NCBI GenBank assembly: GCA_051313645.2
Contig: JBNRSN020000031.1
Location: 18,662,001-18,726,000 of the forward strand
DNA from: Centroscyllium fabricii
Taxonomy: Eukaryota
Reading direction: 5' to 3'
Length of the DNA stretch: 64,000 nt
The notes beneath the pieces were generated by a model. It was given only the letters and a program-made list of their open reading frames with translations, was not told the DNA's origin and did not search any database. Numbering within the stretch: the stretch's first letter is position 1; every line of letters starts with the position of its first letter. Shown one piece after another: positions 13,053 to 24,695 of this stretch. A program made the translations under genes and the position numbers.

Positions 13053-13580
13053 ATCCCATGGTAACTATTTTGAAGAGTAGCACGGGAGTGGTCTGACCAA
13101 TGTTTGTCTCAACCAACATCTCCAAAACACATTAACGGGTCAGTCATCTCATTGCAAGAATAGCTGCCACCTTTGCTCACATGACAACAGTGGCCACACT
13201 TCAGAAGTCGTTAATTGGCTGTGAACTGCACTGGGACGCGATAGACTCTATAACTGCGAGTTCATAATTCTCTTTTGAGTCCATTTATACTGTCTGTGCT
13301 AGTGTCTTTCACCGTCACTTACTGCACACGTCTACTACCCTTCAGAGGAAAAACTGACTTGACTTCACTTCTTGGTCTTAACGTTTGTCCCCGATAAGTA
13401 AACATTTCACCACACTGGACAATTTGGATCAGTTTGTCAGGTTCCTTCATAATTTGGAGAACTTCAATCAGACAGGTCACTTTGCAAATGCCTCTTCGCC
13501 AAAGAAAATGAGCCCGACTTCTTTAACTCTTCCTTGTAAATTCAATGAAGTTACATTAACGAACTGCTACAAGTACAATA

Positions 13581-14166
13581 CAGGTTGAAGTTCATTAATC
13601 CGGCAGGGTCGGGTCCAGCACCCTGCCGGATTGTTGAAAACGCCGAATTAGTGAAGTCACGGAGAATATGCGCAGAACATTCAAAATGGCCGCCGCGAAA
13701 TTTTCAATGCTCTGCGCATGCGCTCGCCGGTACCTGGCAGTTGATTTTCGGCCCAAGGGTCGGGTGGAACTCGCACTCGATTCTGCTGCGGGTCAGGGAG
13801 CGGGCTGCACGGCTCCAGCGGGCCTGAGGCCCAATGTGCGGTTCAAGCCCGGCTTCGGAACGCGGCGACGTCGGCACGCAGCCAGGCAGGAGCCTCCGGC
13901 AGCGATGGGCACCGAGCATTGCCTGTATCGCGTCCTGCGAAAGGCGGCTGGCACAACAGCTCATCTTCTGGGCCTGGGATTCACCATCGGCATCGGGGTG
14001 GTCACTAAGCCGGGATCCAGTGAGTATATGTCAGGTGAAAGAGAAGCCCAGCCCCGACGGCGGCCATTTTGAATTGTCTGCGCATGCACCGGGCAGTCGG
14101 GAAAATCTGTGCCGAACGACTGAAGCTGCCGGTTTTTCGGGTGCCGGATTAATGGACTTCAACCTG
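13581..14166. mobile_element. Tigger-like MITE
   Basis: TIRs CAGGTTGAAGTTCATTAATCCGGCA / TGCCGGATTAATGGACTTCAACCTG, TA on both sides. Confidence 0.88.
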
Positions 14167-14248
14167 TATTCTTTTCACATGTTGTGGATGGGAAGAGCCA
14201 AGCAATTTACAAGTGTTCACATTTTCATTAAATGTAAATCCATTTACA

Positions 14249-14501
14249 TTAATCCGTCACGGTCGGGACGGGGACAGTGCCGGATTTTTTAAAAATCAGA
14301 ACGATTGAAGCCGGCGGCCATATTGAGTGGTCCGGGCATGTGCAGCCACGCGCGGCGGCCATTTTTTGCATGCGCAGACCAGTCGGGGAGAGGCCTGGGC
14401 ATGCGCAGCCAAGCGCGGCGGCCATTTTGCGCATGCGCACACCAGTTCAGCCAGATTCGTTCCGGACGACTGAAGTTGCCGGATTAACAGTGCTCAACCT
14501 G
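14249..14501. mobile_element. Tigger-like MITE, left end truncated
   Basis: Right TIR ...CAGTGCTCAACCTG+TA; interior with GCATGCGCA and GGCCATTTT modules. Confidence 0.8.
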
Positions 14502-14711
14502 TATCCGTTTTTACATTGGCAGTGACTAGGCTCCAGACACTGTTCTGCTATTGGTCTTTTGGCCTACGTTTGCAGGGAGACTCGGCTTTAGGGTGTCCTA
14601 TCATCTCGAGTATTATATCTATCTGTGCTATTTTCAGGAGAGTCTCAGTATGTGAGACTTGCCTGAAAATAGCACACGCAGATCTCCTCGTGTGTGTGTG
14701 CAGGCAACTAA

Positions 14712-14736
14712 ATATATATATATATATATATATATA
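14712..14736. repeat. (TA)n microsatellite
   Basis: About 12 TA units. Confidence 0.9.
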
Positions 14737-15159
14737 ATCTATTTGCTGTAAGAACTTTCAAGTGTTGGGTTTTGGAAAAGATTGAATATAAATTCGGACT
14801 GCAGTTGGTTTAAAAATGCTGTTTTAGAATTGGTGTTGAACTTCACTTTCTTTAGATGCAAAAGAAAAACTGTATAGTTGAAGCCAAGTGTTGCATATTT
14901 AATTGAACTGGAGCACCAGAAAGTGTTGTTGTCTGAGGGCTACTGGCATTCACTATTGCGATTTACTATTTAAAGATGAGCAGTTGCATTTTGACGCTTA
15001 TGGGTTATTTTACCATCTGCGCAGCTGCCTTCCAGTAAATTGTAATTGGGGCCATGCGGAGCTCCAAAACGCCGAGTTCCATGTCAGCTCATCTGTTATA
15101 CTGTACATTACTTTAGTAACGGGGAACTAACGTCTCTCTCAATTCACGACCTCTCTCAG

Positions 15160-15347
15160 ATCACTCTGTGTCGCAGCCAATCATGGTGCAGAGGCGTCCT
15201 GGTCAAGGCTTCCACGGCAGCAACGAGGTCAACTCCGTCCTGTCTCCGCGGTCTGAGAGTGGCGGGCTGGGCGTCAGCATGGTGGAGTACGTGCTGAGCT
15301 CTTCTCCCGGGGAAAAACTGGAGTCCTGCCTCAGAAAAGGGCCATTT
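15160..15347 (+). CDS. PUM1: PUM1 exon (~5): [18 protein letters not shown]...[37 protein letters not shown]
   Basis: ctctctcag acceptor, GTAAGT donor, 188 nt, in frame with flanking exons. Conserved Pumilio N-terminal motif. Confidence 0.95.
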
Positions 15348-15557
15348 GTAAGTATTGGAAGCATTTGCTTTGCAATAACACTGATCCTGCAACCGCGGAG
15401 GGGAGGGGGGAAACACACTCCCGCACATCAGCCAGTGACTTTAATGTTGTACAATGTGGTTTTTGTGCCACTCTCAATTCATCATTTTAAATTGACCCCA
15501 GCACCATCATCAGTACTTCACCCTGGTGTTTTCAGTTCAAAATGGTCTCCGAGAACA

Positions 15558-15906
15558 ATGGAAAGCATCTACCTCAAACGCTGCTTACGGAGGTCTATGA
15601 ACATTATTAAAGACCCCACACACCCCAGCCACAGTCTGTTCGCCCCTCTGCCCTCCGGGAGACGCTACAGAGCAATTTGCACCCGCACGACTAGATTTCA
15701 GAACAGCTTCTTCCCCAGGGCTGTCAGCCTCCTGAACTCTAAAAAGAAACTCCGGTACCTGCACGCCTGATAATGAACTTTACTGTATGCAATTTTCATG
15801 TAATTTATTTATTTTGTTTGCACTACTCTCGGGAGAGTCGAGTCTTCGTCTCGTTGTATTGTACTAGTACTCTGCAATGACAATAAAACTTGAATTGAAT
15901 TGAATT
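15558..15906 (+). mobile_element. Rex1/Babar-type LINE 3' end
   Basis: [23 protein letters not shown]...[19 protein letters not shown], (TTGAA)n tail, TSD GAGAACA. Confidence 0.85.
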
Positions 15907-15919
15907 GAGAACAGCCCAC

Positions 15920-16270
15920 GTTTTTAAAAATTCATTGATGGGATCTGGGCGTCGCTGGCTGGCTAGGCCTGCATTTAGTGCCCATCCCTAATTGCCCTTG
16001 AGAAGATGGTGGTGAGCCGCCTTCTTGAACCGCTGCAGTCTTATTGTTTTTTGTAGCGGTTGTTTACAACCGAGTGGCTTGCTGGGCCATTTCAGAGGGC
16101 ATTAAGAGTCAACCACATTGCTGTGGGTCTGGAGTCACATGTAGGCCAGACCAGGTAAGGACGGCAGATTTCCTTCCCTAAAGGACATTAGTGAACCAGA
16201 TGGGTTTTTGCAACAATCGACAATGGTATCATGGTCGCCATTGCTAAGACTAACATTTTTAATTCCAGAA
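15920..16270 (-). mobile_element. LINE 3'-end / LINE-derived repeat
   Basis: Left part is the reverse complement of the tail at 53890-54000 (CTCACCACCACCTTCTCAAGGGCAA..GGGATGGGCA). A related piece lies at ~42500-42800. Confidence 0.6.
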
Positions 16271-17358
16271 TTAAATTGAATGGGCAGTTACATTTGGAAG
16301 GGCAGATTCTGAAGTTCTGCTGCAAAGTGTAAGTTATGCCTACAGTTCAAGTAGACATAATTCAGACTCTGCATTACTAAAATGTCCCTTGGTTGCTTGA
16401 CAAATTATGGTTGTGTGGCAGGTCCACATCCCACTGTAGATATCTGTATATAATTCTCTCCAACAGCCTCCTAACACCTTCCGGCAATTCAACCAGGGTG
16501 TTAGGCACAAATGTAACTGTTAATGTATCCTTTGCAGGTACAGGGCTTATGGCGGGCTTTTGTGTTCAGTGTTGAGATTGACAAGAAGTAAAAGACCTGT
16601 TTTTTGTCGTACCTCCGTCTGGGCTCCCTCATTTTGTTAGGAAATTGTTCTTTTCTACAGTTCCACGGACGCTGGCTGCCCTGTATTAACTCACTCGAGT
16701 GACCATTGTTCAGATGTGAACCTTGATAAACGTTAGCAGGCATTGTGACCACAAGGAAACCCGTCCACGCGCAGCTTTACCCTCACCTGATATCACCACG
16801 CGCACAGATGCACTTCCAGCGCAGGTTGGCTGATAGTGGGTCGAAGCAGAAACCCTAGCTGTTTCGCGGCTCCATTATCTCCGAGGCGATTATAGCCCAA
16901 CCACCGCCCAAGTTAAGACTATCTCGAACCTGCCTGGCCTGTATGGCTTGGCAACTGATTGGACAAACTCTCTGAACCATTTGGGCGCTTCTCCAAGGTG
17001 ACGTCAATGGTGAAGTTGTTCAAAGCTGTGACTCATTAACTCTGCTATTGTTTATAATTTTAGCAATGTTTTACCAGTGCACCACCTTTGTCTATTGTTG
17101 ATGCTGTCTGGAGGTTAATAGCTGTACTTTCAAAATCACATTATTTAACCTCGTGTAACGGGGCTTTCCAGACTTCAGAGGAATAGTAATTAGGCTATCT
17201 TAGCAGTTCTGTGCTGTCTGACCTATGCACTTTTTCAGCTGTGTGGGTAGTGTTTAAACCGGCAGCGTGACTGTGTTGGTACAGCACTTCAGCTATGGTA
17301 TATTAAAACCGCTTGCCCTGTCTCTTCCCACACCCCCCTCTCTGCCCACTCCGTTTAG

Positions 17359-17525
17359 GGTTCTGGAGATGCTGAGACTCATAATGAAAAGGGAGACAAA
17401 AAAGGAAAATCTTCATTCGATGGGGATAAGATGGGGGACCTGAAAGAAGTGGAGGATGACGGGATTGATAAAACAAATGGTCTGGTGGTACAAAATGGCA
17501 TAGATTCTGATGTTAAGGACTTCAG
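17359..17525 (+). CDS. PUM1: PUM1 exon (~6): [30 protein letters not shown]...[12 protein letters not shown]
   Basis: tttag acceptor, GTATGT donor, 167 nt. Similar to human FDGDKLGDLKEE...QNGIDADVKDFS, a PUM1-type segment. Confidence 0.93.
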
Positions 17526-17785
17526 GTATGTAGTGTAAGGTTACAATGTTTTTGTTTCACTTAATAACATTTTTGATAAAGGTCAATAAGGCCAAGTCTT
17601 GCAATGGATTTATTGGGATATTTGTCCACTATGATTGTGACGAGTGTTTCCATTTTGGACCAATATCAGAATTTTCATATCCATTAACACCGAAAACAAA
17701 AAATATTACAGATGAAAGTATTGCATTCTGTCCAAAAGCTTGCTTCATGCTCCAATGCTGTTATCGGAATAGCACATTCCGATCA

Positions 17786-18035
17786 TGTGGTAAACCGGTT
17801 TACCACGAATACTGTATTGTATATAGTTACCTCTTGTCCACCTGGGATCTACCTGGGATGCCTCAGCCGGCTTCGCCTCCTGGCTCCACCCACAGACGGT
17901 GGTATAAAGGTGGCAGCCCTGCTGACCTCCTGGCATTCCAGGACCAGATAGTGACAAGACCTGTACTCCAGTTCTTTGTTAATAAAAGCCTCAATTACTT
18001 AACTTCGCCGACTCGCAGTAATTGATCGTGCATCA
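17786..18035 (+). mobile_element. Solo LTR
   Basis: TG...CA termini, 5-bp TSD GATCA on both sides, internal TATAAA (~17903) and AATAAA (17981). Confidence 0.8.
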
Positions 18036-19224
18036 GATCACATGACTTGCCACACCATGAGACTCTACCCAGAACACGACACTACATACACCACCTTTGA
18101 GTGGCAAATGGCAGCATTTCCTGGCAGGCATGAAAACATTAACCAAGTCAGCCCCCCCCCCCCCCCCCAAAAAAGCCCACTGGCATCCAGAAATTGAATA
18201 TTAACTTTGGAGGTACAATTGACTGAAGCGGAAGTGTCTAATAAAAAGAAAATCAACATATGTTGTTTTTTACAGCACCAGCAATTGCCCAGTCCAACCG
18301 TGACAACTTTTGCTGTGCTGATTCATGCTCCATTAACAATAAATAAATAAACTCCCTTTCTCATTCACATCCAAGTCCACTAGCGCAAAATAAATAAAAT
18401 GATATAAACTTGCCCGAGACCACAGTTTGATTATTGGGTGTCGTTTTGGGCTGCACACTGCAGGAAGGATGTCGAGGCCGTAGAGCAGGTTCAGGGCTTT
18501 CGCTTACTTGCCCGGCGGCGCATTTTACTTGCCCCGGGCAAGCGGTTATGTCGCGCCCTGGCACATGGTATTCGAGCTATTGCTCGTGTGGCGGTTAAAC
18601 ACCAACGTGGACTGGTTGGGTGGAATTGCCTGTTTCTTTGTTAAGATGCAGTAACAAGCCATTCCCCTGTCACTCCTTCACTGCATAAACTTCCAGGATT
18701 GATGCATCTTGGATGTTGTAATCTTGACAAGTGGTAAGGATTCTAGGTTTTTTCTTCTATTATAGTACTGCGCTCCATTCAGGACATAAGTACCATTGTA
18801 CAAGACCAAAATCTCACTGCTGGAAGTCATTGTTCTTAACAGCATAACAGGAAGTTAGAATGCACCATACATAGAATGTGGTGTTGATGCTTGTTGAAGG
18901 CAGTATTTTTCCACTTGTGAAACAAACATTTTAGTCAAGTGTGTATCTCTGCAGTACAGTGCTGGGTTTAATCTACCAGCGTGGAAGACCTATTTCACTC
19001 CTCAATTATTGGTCTTGGCAGGAGGGAAGGAGAGACGCAAGCTGTGCAATATCTTCTATGCAGTCGAGACCTTTTCAGCCCTCGTGCACACCTGCACCCA
19101 GCAATATTTTCAGAGTAAGGAGTAGAGAGGTGGAGGCAATGTGATTCTGTACCCAGTTGCTGCGGGGCGTCCAGCAGTGTCACAGGGTGACTCACTGTCT
19201 TGGCCAATCGGGAGAGGTGTTAGG

Positions 19225-19450
19225 AATCACTTCTTCACATAAAGGGCGGTAGAACCGTGGAACTCTTCTCCCACAAAAAGCTGTAGATGCTCGCTCAGTT
19301 AATTTTAAATCTGAAATCGATAAATTGTTTGCTATGAAGATATGGAGCCAAGGTGGGTGGATTGAGTTAGGATGCAGGTCAGCCACGATCTCATTCAATG
19401 GCAGAAAAGGCTATAGGGTCTGAATGGCCCACTCCTGTTCCTATATTGTG
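19225..19450 (+). mobile_element. CR1/HER1 3' fragment
   Basis: Degenerate tail matching 3410-3635. Confidence 0.6.
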
Positions 19451-19759
19451 TTCCATTCTCTTATGCTGCGTACCTTTCACTTGATGCTTGTCCTAGTGGC
19501 ATAGTCAAAATCTCACATTTGCTGTGTACAGAATTATGGGTGCTAACTTATGTCCCCCCATAAATCCATGGGGTAAGCTGTTGGTATATCAACGTGCTTG
19601 GCCATCAGGCCACAATCCCCTCTTGCAGCTTGGTCAACAGCACTTCTCTCCCTGCAGTGTTAAATATCGATTAAAACATTAAGTTATATTTAACTTTCCG
19701 GCTTTGAACTGTGCATTAAAAATGTAGGTTTCAAATTCTGGAAATTTGCCATTACTTAG

Positions 19760-20410
19760 AATCTACAGCACAATTAGGCCATTTGGCTCAACAGATTTAG
19801 GCCGATGTTTATAATCCACACGAGCCTCCTACTCACATTACCTCTTTCCACACAGTTCCTATATCCCTCTATTCCCGTATCCCTCATGTATTCATCAAGC
19901 CTCCCTTTAAATGCACCAATGTTCTCTGTTTCAACCACTCCATGAGTTCCATATTCTCGCCACTCTGATACTCCTCCTAAATTCTTTATTTGATCTGTTG
20001 GTGGCTGTTCTATTTGTGCTCCTTTGTACTGGGCTCCACCACAAGTGGGAACAGTTTCTCCACATCGCCCTATTGAACCACGGCATAAGTTTTTAAAGAC
20101 CTATCTGGTCTCCTTAGTCTTCTCTTACAGAGAAAAGCACCCCAGCCTGCTCAATCTTTCATGATAGTTGCATCCTCTCAATTCTGATAACAGCCTTGTA
20201 CATCTTTTCTGCACTTTCTCCAGTGCTTCAGTCTCCTTTTTGCAGTGTGGAGACCAGAACTACGCACAGTACTTGTGTGTGGTCTAAGCAAGGTTCTATA
20301 TAAATTTAACATTACCTCCCTGCTTTTTTATTCTGTGGCTCTAGAAATGAGCCCCAGTACTTTGTTTAAACTCATATATGGCCTTAATCAACCGGTATTG
20401 CTACTTTTAG
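19760..20410 (-). mobile_element. Old CR1 LINE fragment
   Basis: Reverse complement encodes a degenerate RPH..YCA.FWSP segment. Confidence 0.6.
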
Positions 20411-20793
20411 TGATTTATTTGCTTTTCTACCCCATTTAATCTCTTCCCTTCCAAGGAATAAGTGGCCTCATTATTCCACTTCTGTTGAAAGGAACAGAAA
20501 AATGGTCAATTTTCCACATATATTGGATCTAACCAGGGAACACTTGCACTTTTATGTAATTTCAAGCATGTGATCCTCAATATGTTTTACATAATGTTAC
20601 ATCTGAGGAACGTTCTGTGGTTCTATTTTCCCTTTGTCAGCAGCACTTCTTTTGATTCGTATTAAATGGCTCAACGACTGCATAAGAGCAAATGTTATCT
20701 CTTTAAGCGATGTATCTTTTGTTTAAATGAGATTTTATGTTGTAGATTTTTAGTTCTATGCCATTATTGGTTCGTGGGGTGGCATTCATTTCA

Positions 20794-21074
20794 CAGGTCC
20801 GACACTTCATCCGGCACCGTCGGGACCAGGCCGTTGCCGGACTAGTGAAAAATCCAAACGACTGAAGCTTCGGCGAATGCATGCGCAGACCATTCAAAAT
20901 GGCCGCCGCGCATGCGCAGACCATTCAAAATGGCCGACGGCACATGCCAGCGGCCATTTTGAATGGATTGCGCATGCACGGCGGCCATTTTGAATGGTCT
21001 GCGCAGACCTGTCGGGGAGAAGCCCAGATTCGTACCGGACGACTGAAGTTTCAGGATTAACGGTGTCGGACTTG
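20794..21074. mobile_element. Tigger-like MITE, CAGGTCCGACAC subfamily
   Basis: TIR variant; interior repeats CCATTCAAAATGGCCG and GCATGCGCA. Confidence 0.8.
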
Positions 21075-21392
21075 TGTTAAAAAATCTAAATATTTAATGT
21101 TGCATGCTGACTATGGCTGTGCTTGACCAAGACTGCTTTTACCACTTACAGTAAAACAAACAATCCTCTGAAAAGTCTTGTAATTAAGATCTTGTATGTA
21201 AATTCAAATCTCCAGATCAACATATATTTATTTGCACAACATGGTCCCTTTTATGTTTTCTGTGACTGATTTTAAAGTTGCACAGTTGCTGTTAAATGTG
21301 CCTGTCTTCTGGTATAAGCATTACTAATAACAATGAGATGTGAGTATTTCTGTTGCATATACAAGAATGCTGACTAACGTTTCTTTGTGTAG

Positions 21393-21666
21393 CCGTACCC
21401 CCGGCAGCTGTCAGACCTCCCCAAACGAAGTAGTGGATCTTCTGGGCCCCAACCAGAACAGTTCGGAAGGCCTGGGTCAGCTGGCCAACAGCAACAATGT
21501 AAAGCCTACAGAAGACTTCAACAATGTGGAGTCGCAGAACGTGCCCTTGGATTCGATGGAACCTGTAGGGCTGGACTCGCTACAGTTCGATTATTCCAGT
21601 AGCCAGGTGCAAATGGATTCGGCAACGGCTGCTGTGAGTCTGTTTGACTACAGCTCGCAACAACAG
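21393..21666 (+). CDS. PUM1: PUM1 exon (~7): [22 protein letters not shown]...LFDYSSQQQ
   Basis: tgtag acceptor, GTTAGT donor, 274 nt. Lies within ORF 21340..21705. Confidence 0.94.
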
Positions 21667-21999
21667 GTTAGTTTGCCTACGTCGGCACAACTGAGTTTAA
21701 GTTAGAGAATTGAAGGACCCGCCAATCCATTCTTGACTAGCTGGTCCTGCGGTGGGAGGGATGTACATATTAACTGTTCGTACAAACTGAAGTACCTCAC
21801 TCCCTTACCCCCACGCCATCTCAGTTTTCTCCCCGACTCCCCCCTCAAGCAGACCCTACAGGGATACAGTTCCAAAGCTCCTGACAGCTGCGGAAGATGG
21901 AATTCAATGTCAGTAAGGTGAGGTAGTGCATTTTAGTTTTTTTTTAAGTGGAATTGTAATTGACTGGAGGGCGGTTGCGGCAGAACAAAGGAGATTAAG

Positions 22000-22390
22000 A
22001 AGTGATTCGATAGATGTTTATAAAATTCTGAAGGGATTCTCAAGTAGATAGAAACTGAATTTTTCCAGTGGTTGAGAAGTCCAGAACAAGGAGACATTGG
22101 GTATAAGATGAAATGCAAGAGGTTTAGGACAGAGTGCAGGAGAAACTTTTTTTTATGCACAGAGTGGAAAGCACTACCAGAGTTAGTGATTGCACCTCCA
22201 AGTTAGTGACTGAAGCAGAGATCATATCAACGTTTAAAAAATGTTACGTGGGTGGTTGATGGAATGGCGGGACGGGATGTAGGAGCAGGGTGGCTGCAGT
22301 GGATTGAGACTATTGCTCGTGGAGGACAAACACCACATGAACTTCTTCAGCTGAACAACCTGTTTCCGTGTTGTAATTTCTATGTAATTA
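22000..22390 (+). mobile_element. Old CR1 3' fragment
   Basis: Degenerate C-terminal coding region and tail. Confidence 0.55.
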
Positions 22391-22870
22391 TATGTCTAGT
22401 CCCATGCCATTAAAAACCAAACCCCTCTATCTTTACTCTTGTATGGTAGTAACTACACATTATATCACTGCGGTTTTAGTTGAGGAATATTGCTCCTTTT
22501 AGTACCCAAATCAAGTGGCTGTTGTTCTGTGAACGTAGTTAGAAAGTGTTGGCAGGTTATTTGGCTGTGGTTGACATTTGTAGTCAAGCCCAAACCTGCC
22601 CTCGCCCAATGTTGGCAGTTACACAGGCCCTGTGGCGAGCGGGAGCACTGGCTGGGTTTTCCCGGCCCCACCTCAGAGCCAGTTGTCGTCTCCCAGGTGC
22701 TGCCTGGGCTTAGACCGGCTGATTCAGCCCAGACTGGGAATCGAATCGATAGCCTTTCGGTGTGTATGGCTTCATACAGTGTTGAGTAGTGACTTGACAT
22801 AAGAAATAGGAGCAGGAGTAGGCTGTGTTCCCTGTAATTGTTTATGGCCCTGCGCGGCCCCTTCAAAATA

Positions 22871-23545
22871 CAGGTTGAGCACCGTTATACCGGCACGGAC
22901 GGGATTAGACCCACGCCGGTATAATGAAAAAACCGGTAGACTGAAGCCTGCCAGTGCGCATGCGCGCACCATTCAAAATGGCCGCCGAACATTCAAAATA
23001 TCAGATCATCTCATCCAGAACTCTGCTGTTTGCATCCTTGTTTGTCCATCGCTGACCTGCATTGGCACCAAGTTCCTCAATGCGCTCACTTAAAATTCTA
23101 ACCTCCGTGTTTAAATCTCTTCACGGGCTCACCCCTCCCTATCTCGGTAATCTCCACCAACCCCACAACCACCCACTTCTGTCCCTTAACTATCGGTTCC
23201 TTTGACTGTGGGCATTTGTGCATCTTCACCTCCATTCCCCTTCGTTTAAGGGTTTCAGGGATGGTCGTCGAGCTGCTGCGCCCTGACGCCACGGAAGGCC
23301 CGACTCGTCCGGCGGCTGTTTTGAATGATCTGCGCATGCGCTAGCCATCCGGCGACGCATGCGCAGATCATTCAAAACACCTAGCAGCCGTTTTGAATGA
23401 TTGTTCGGCGGCGCATGTGCAGATCATTCGCCAAAGCCACAATCGCGGCTGCCATTTTGCGCATGCGCAGTGCAGTCGGGGCAATTTGTTCCGGCAGACT
23501 GAAGCTGCCGGCGTTTCGGGTCACGGATTTTCGGTGCACAACCTG
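22871..23545. mobile_element. Two Tigger-like MITE halves (22871-22997 left; 23275-23545 right) separated by an L2-like fragment
   Basis: TA+CAGGTTGAGCACCG on the left; CGGTGCACAACCTG+TA on the right. The right half closely matches 5125-5335. Confidence 0.7.
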
Positions 23546-24099
23546 TACCACGTATGCTGCCAAGCTGACTACACAGGCTCCCTGGAGCAGTGTGGGGCCG
23601 CGGGCCGCACACCTTACAGGGAACACTGGGATTTGGCTCTTCAGTAAAATCATGGCTGATCTACCTCAAGTCCACCTTCCCGCACTAACCCCATATCCCT
23701 CGAGTCCCTCAGTATCCAAAATTGACCTATTGGGCCAGATAAGGAGCCCTGAACATCCCTTCACTTCATTCAGAAATTGTAACTCGCAAATACATTTTAT
23801 AACCTGCTTCGCGCACTTTCACTTTTCCCATCCTCGTCCTCGTGTGCAGTTGTCCCCACCGCCACACCAGATTCCCCCTCTTGCGTAGTAAGTCTGCCTT
23901 GACCTTGCTGCTGAGCTGTAAATTTACTGGCAGAAGGTGGTCATCAGCAATCGAAGTTGACTTCACCCTCTTGATGGCCATCAATATGTGATAGTCACCA
24001 AGAAATCAAAGCGGGAAAGAAGCGTCTTTACCCAGAGCGTGGTGAGAATGTGGAACTCACTACCACAGAGAGTGGTTGAAGCAAACAGCATTTAAGGGG

Positions 24100-24488
24100 C
24101 CTGAGCGAGAATACGGAGGTTGGTGTGCCTATCCAGCCAATGGATTGGCAGGATCTTGCGGAGGCAGCGTTGGTGGTGCCTCTCCAGTGCTTTGAGGTGC
24201 CTGCTGTACATGGTCAATGTCTCTGAGGCACACAGCAGGGCGGGTATCACTGCTGCTCTGTAGACCATGAGCTTAGTGCCGGGTTTGAGGTCCTGGTCTT
24301 CAAACACTCTCTTCCTGAGGCGACCGAAGGCTGCATTGACACACTCAAGGCGGTGTTGGGGAGAACTTCGTCATCGACTTCTGCCCTTATTGACAGTAGG
24401 CTCCCGAGGTATGGAAAGTTGTCAAAGGCCATGTCGTGGATTTTGATAATCAGGAGGCAGTACTGTGTGGCGGGGGAAGGTTGGATGA
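24100..24488 (-). mobile_element. RTE-clade LINE, inverted 5' segment
   Basis: DNFPYLGSLLS and LKPGTKLMVYRAAVIPALLCASET motifs on the - strand. Confidence 0.8.
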
Positions 24489-24499
24489 CACGGTGGAAC

Positions 24500-24695
24500 A
24501 GCGGTTAGCACTGCTGCCTCGCAATAAGGAGCTCCTGGGTTTGAATCCTGCTTGGCCAGGGACACCTCTGCGTGGAGTTTGCATGTTCTCCCCGTGTTCG
24601 TGTGGGTTTCCTCCGGGTACTCTGGTTTCCTCCCACGACCCAAAGACATGCAGGTTAGGTGAATTGGAGATATTAAAAATTGCCCATGAGTATGT
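24500..24695 (+). mobile_element. HE1-related SINE, 5' part (3' part at 27205-27352)
   Basis: Colinear with the intact copy at 6112-6461 once the intervening CR1 is removed. Confidence 0.78.

Noticed and set aside
15168-15770. 200-aa ORF that looks like a PUM1-LINE fusion
   Set aside because: Read-through of a strong GTAAGT donor into intron and a Rex1 fragment that happens to be in frame; no evidence of expression.
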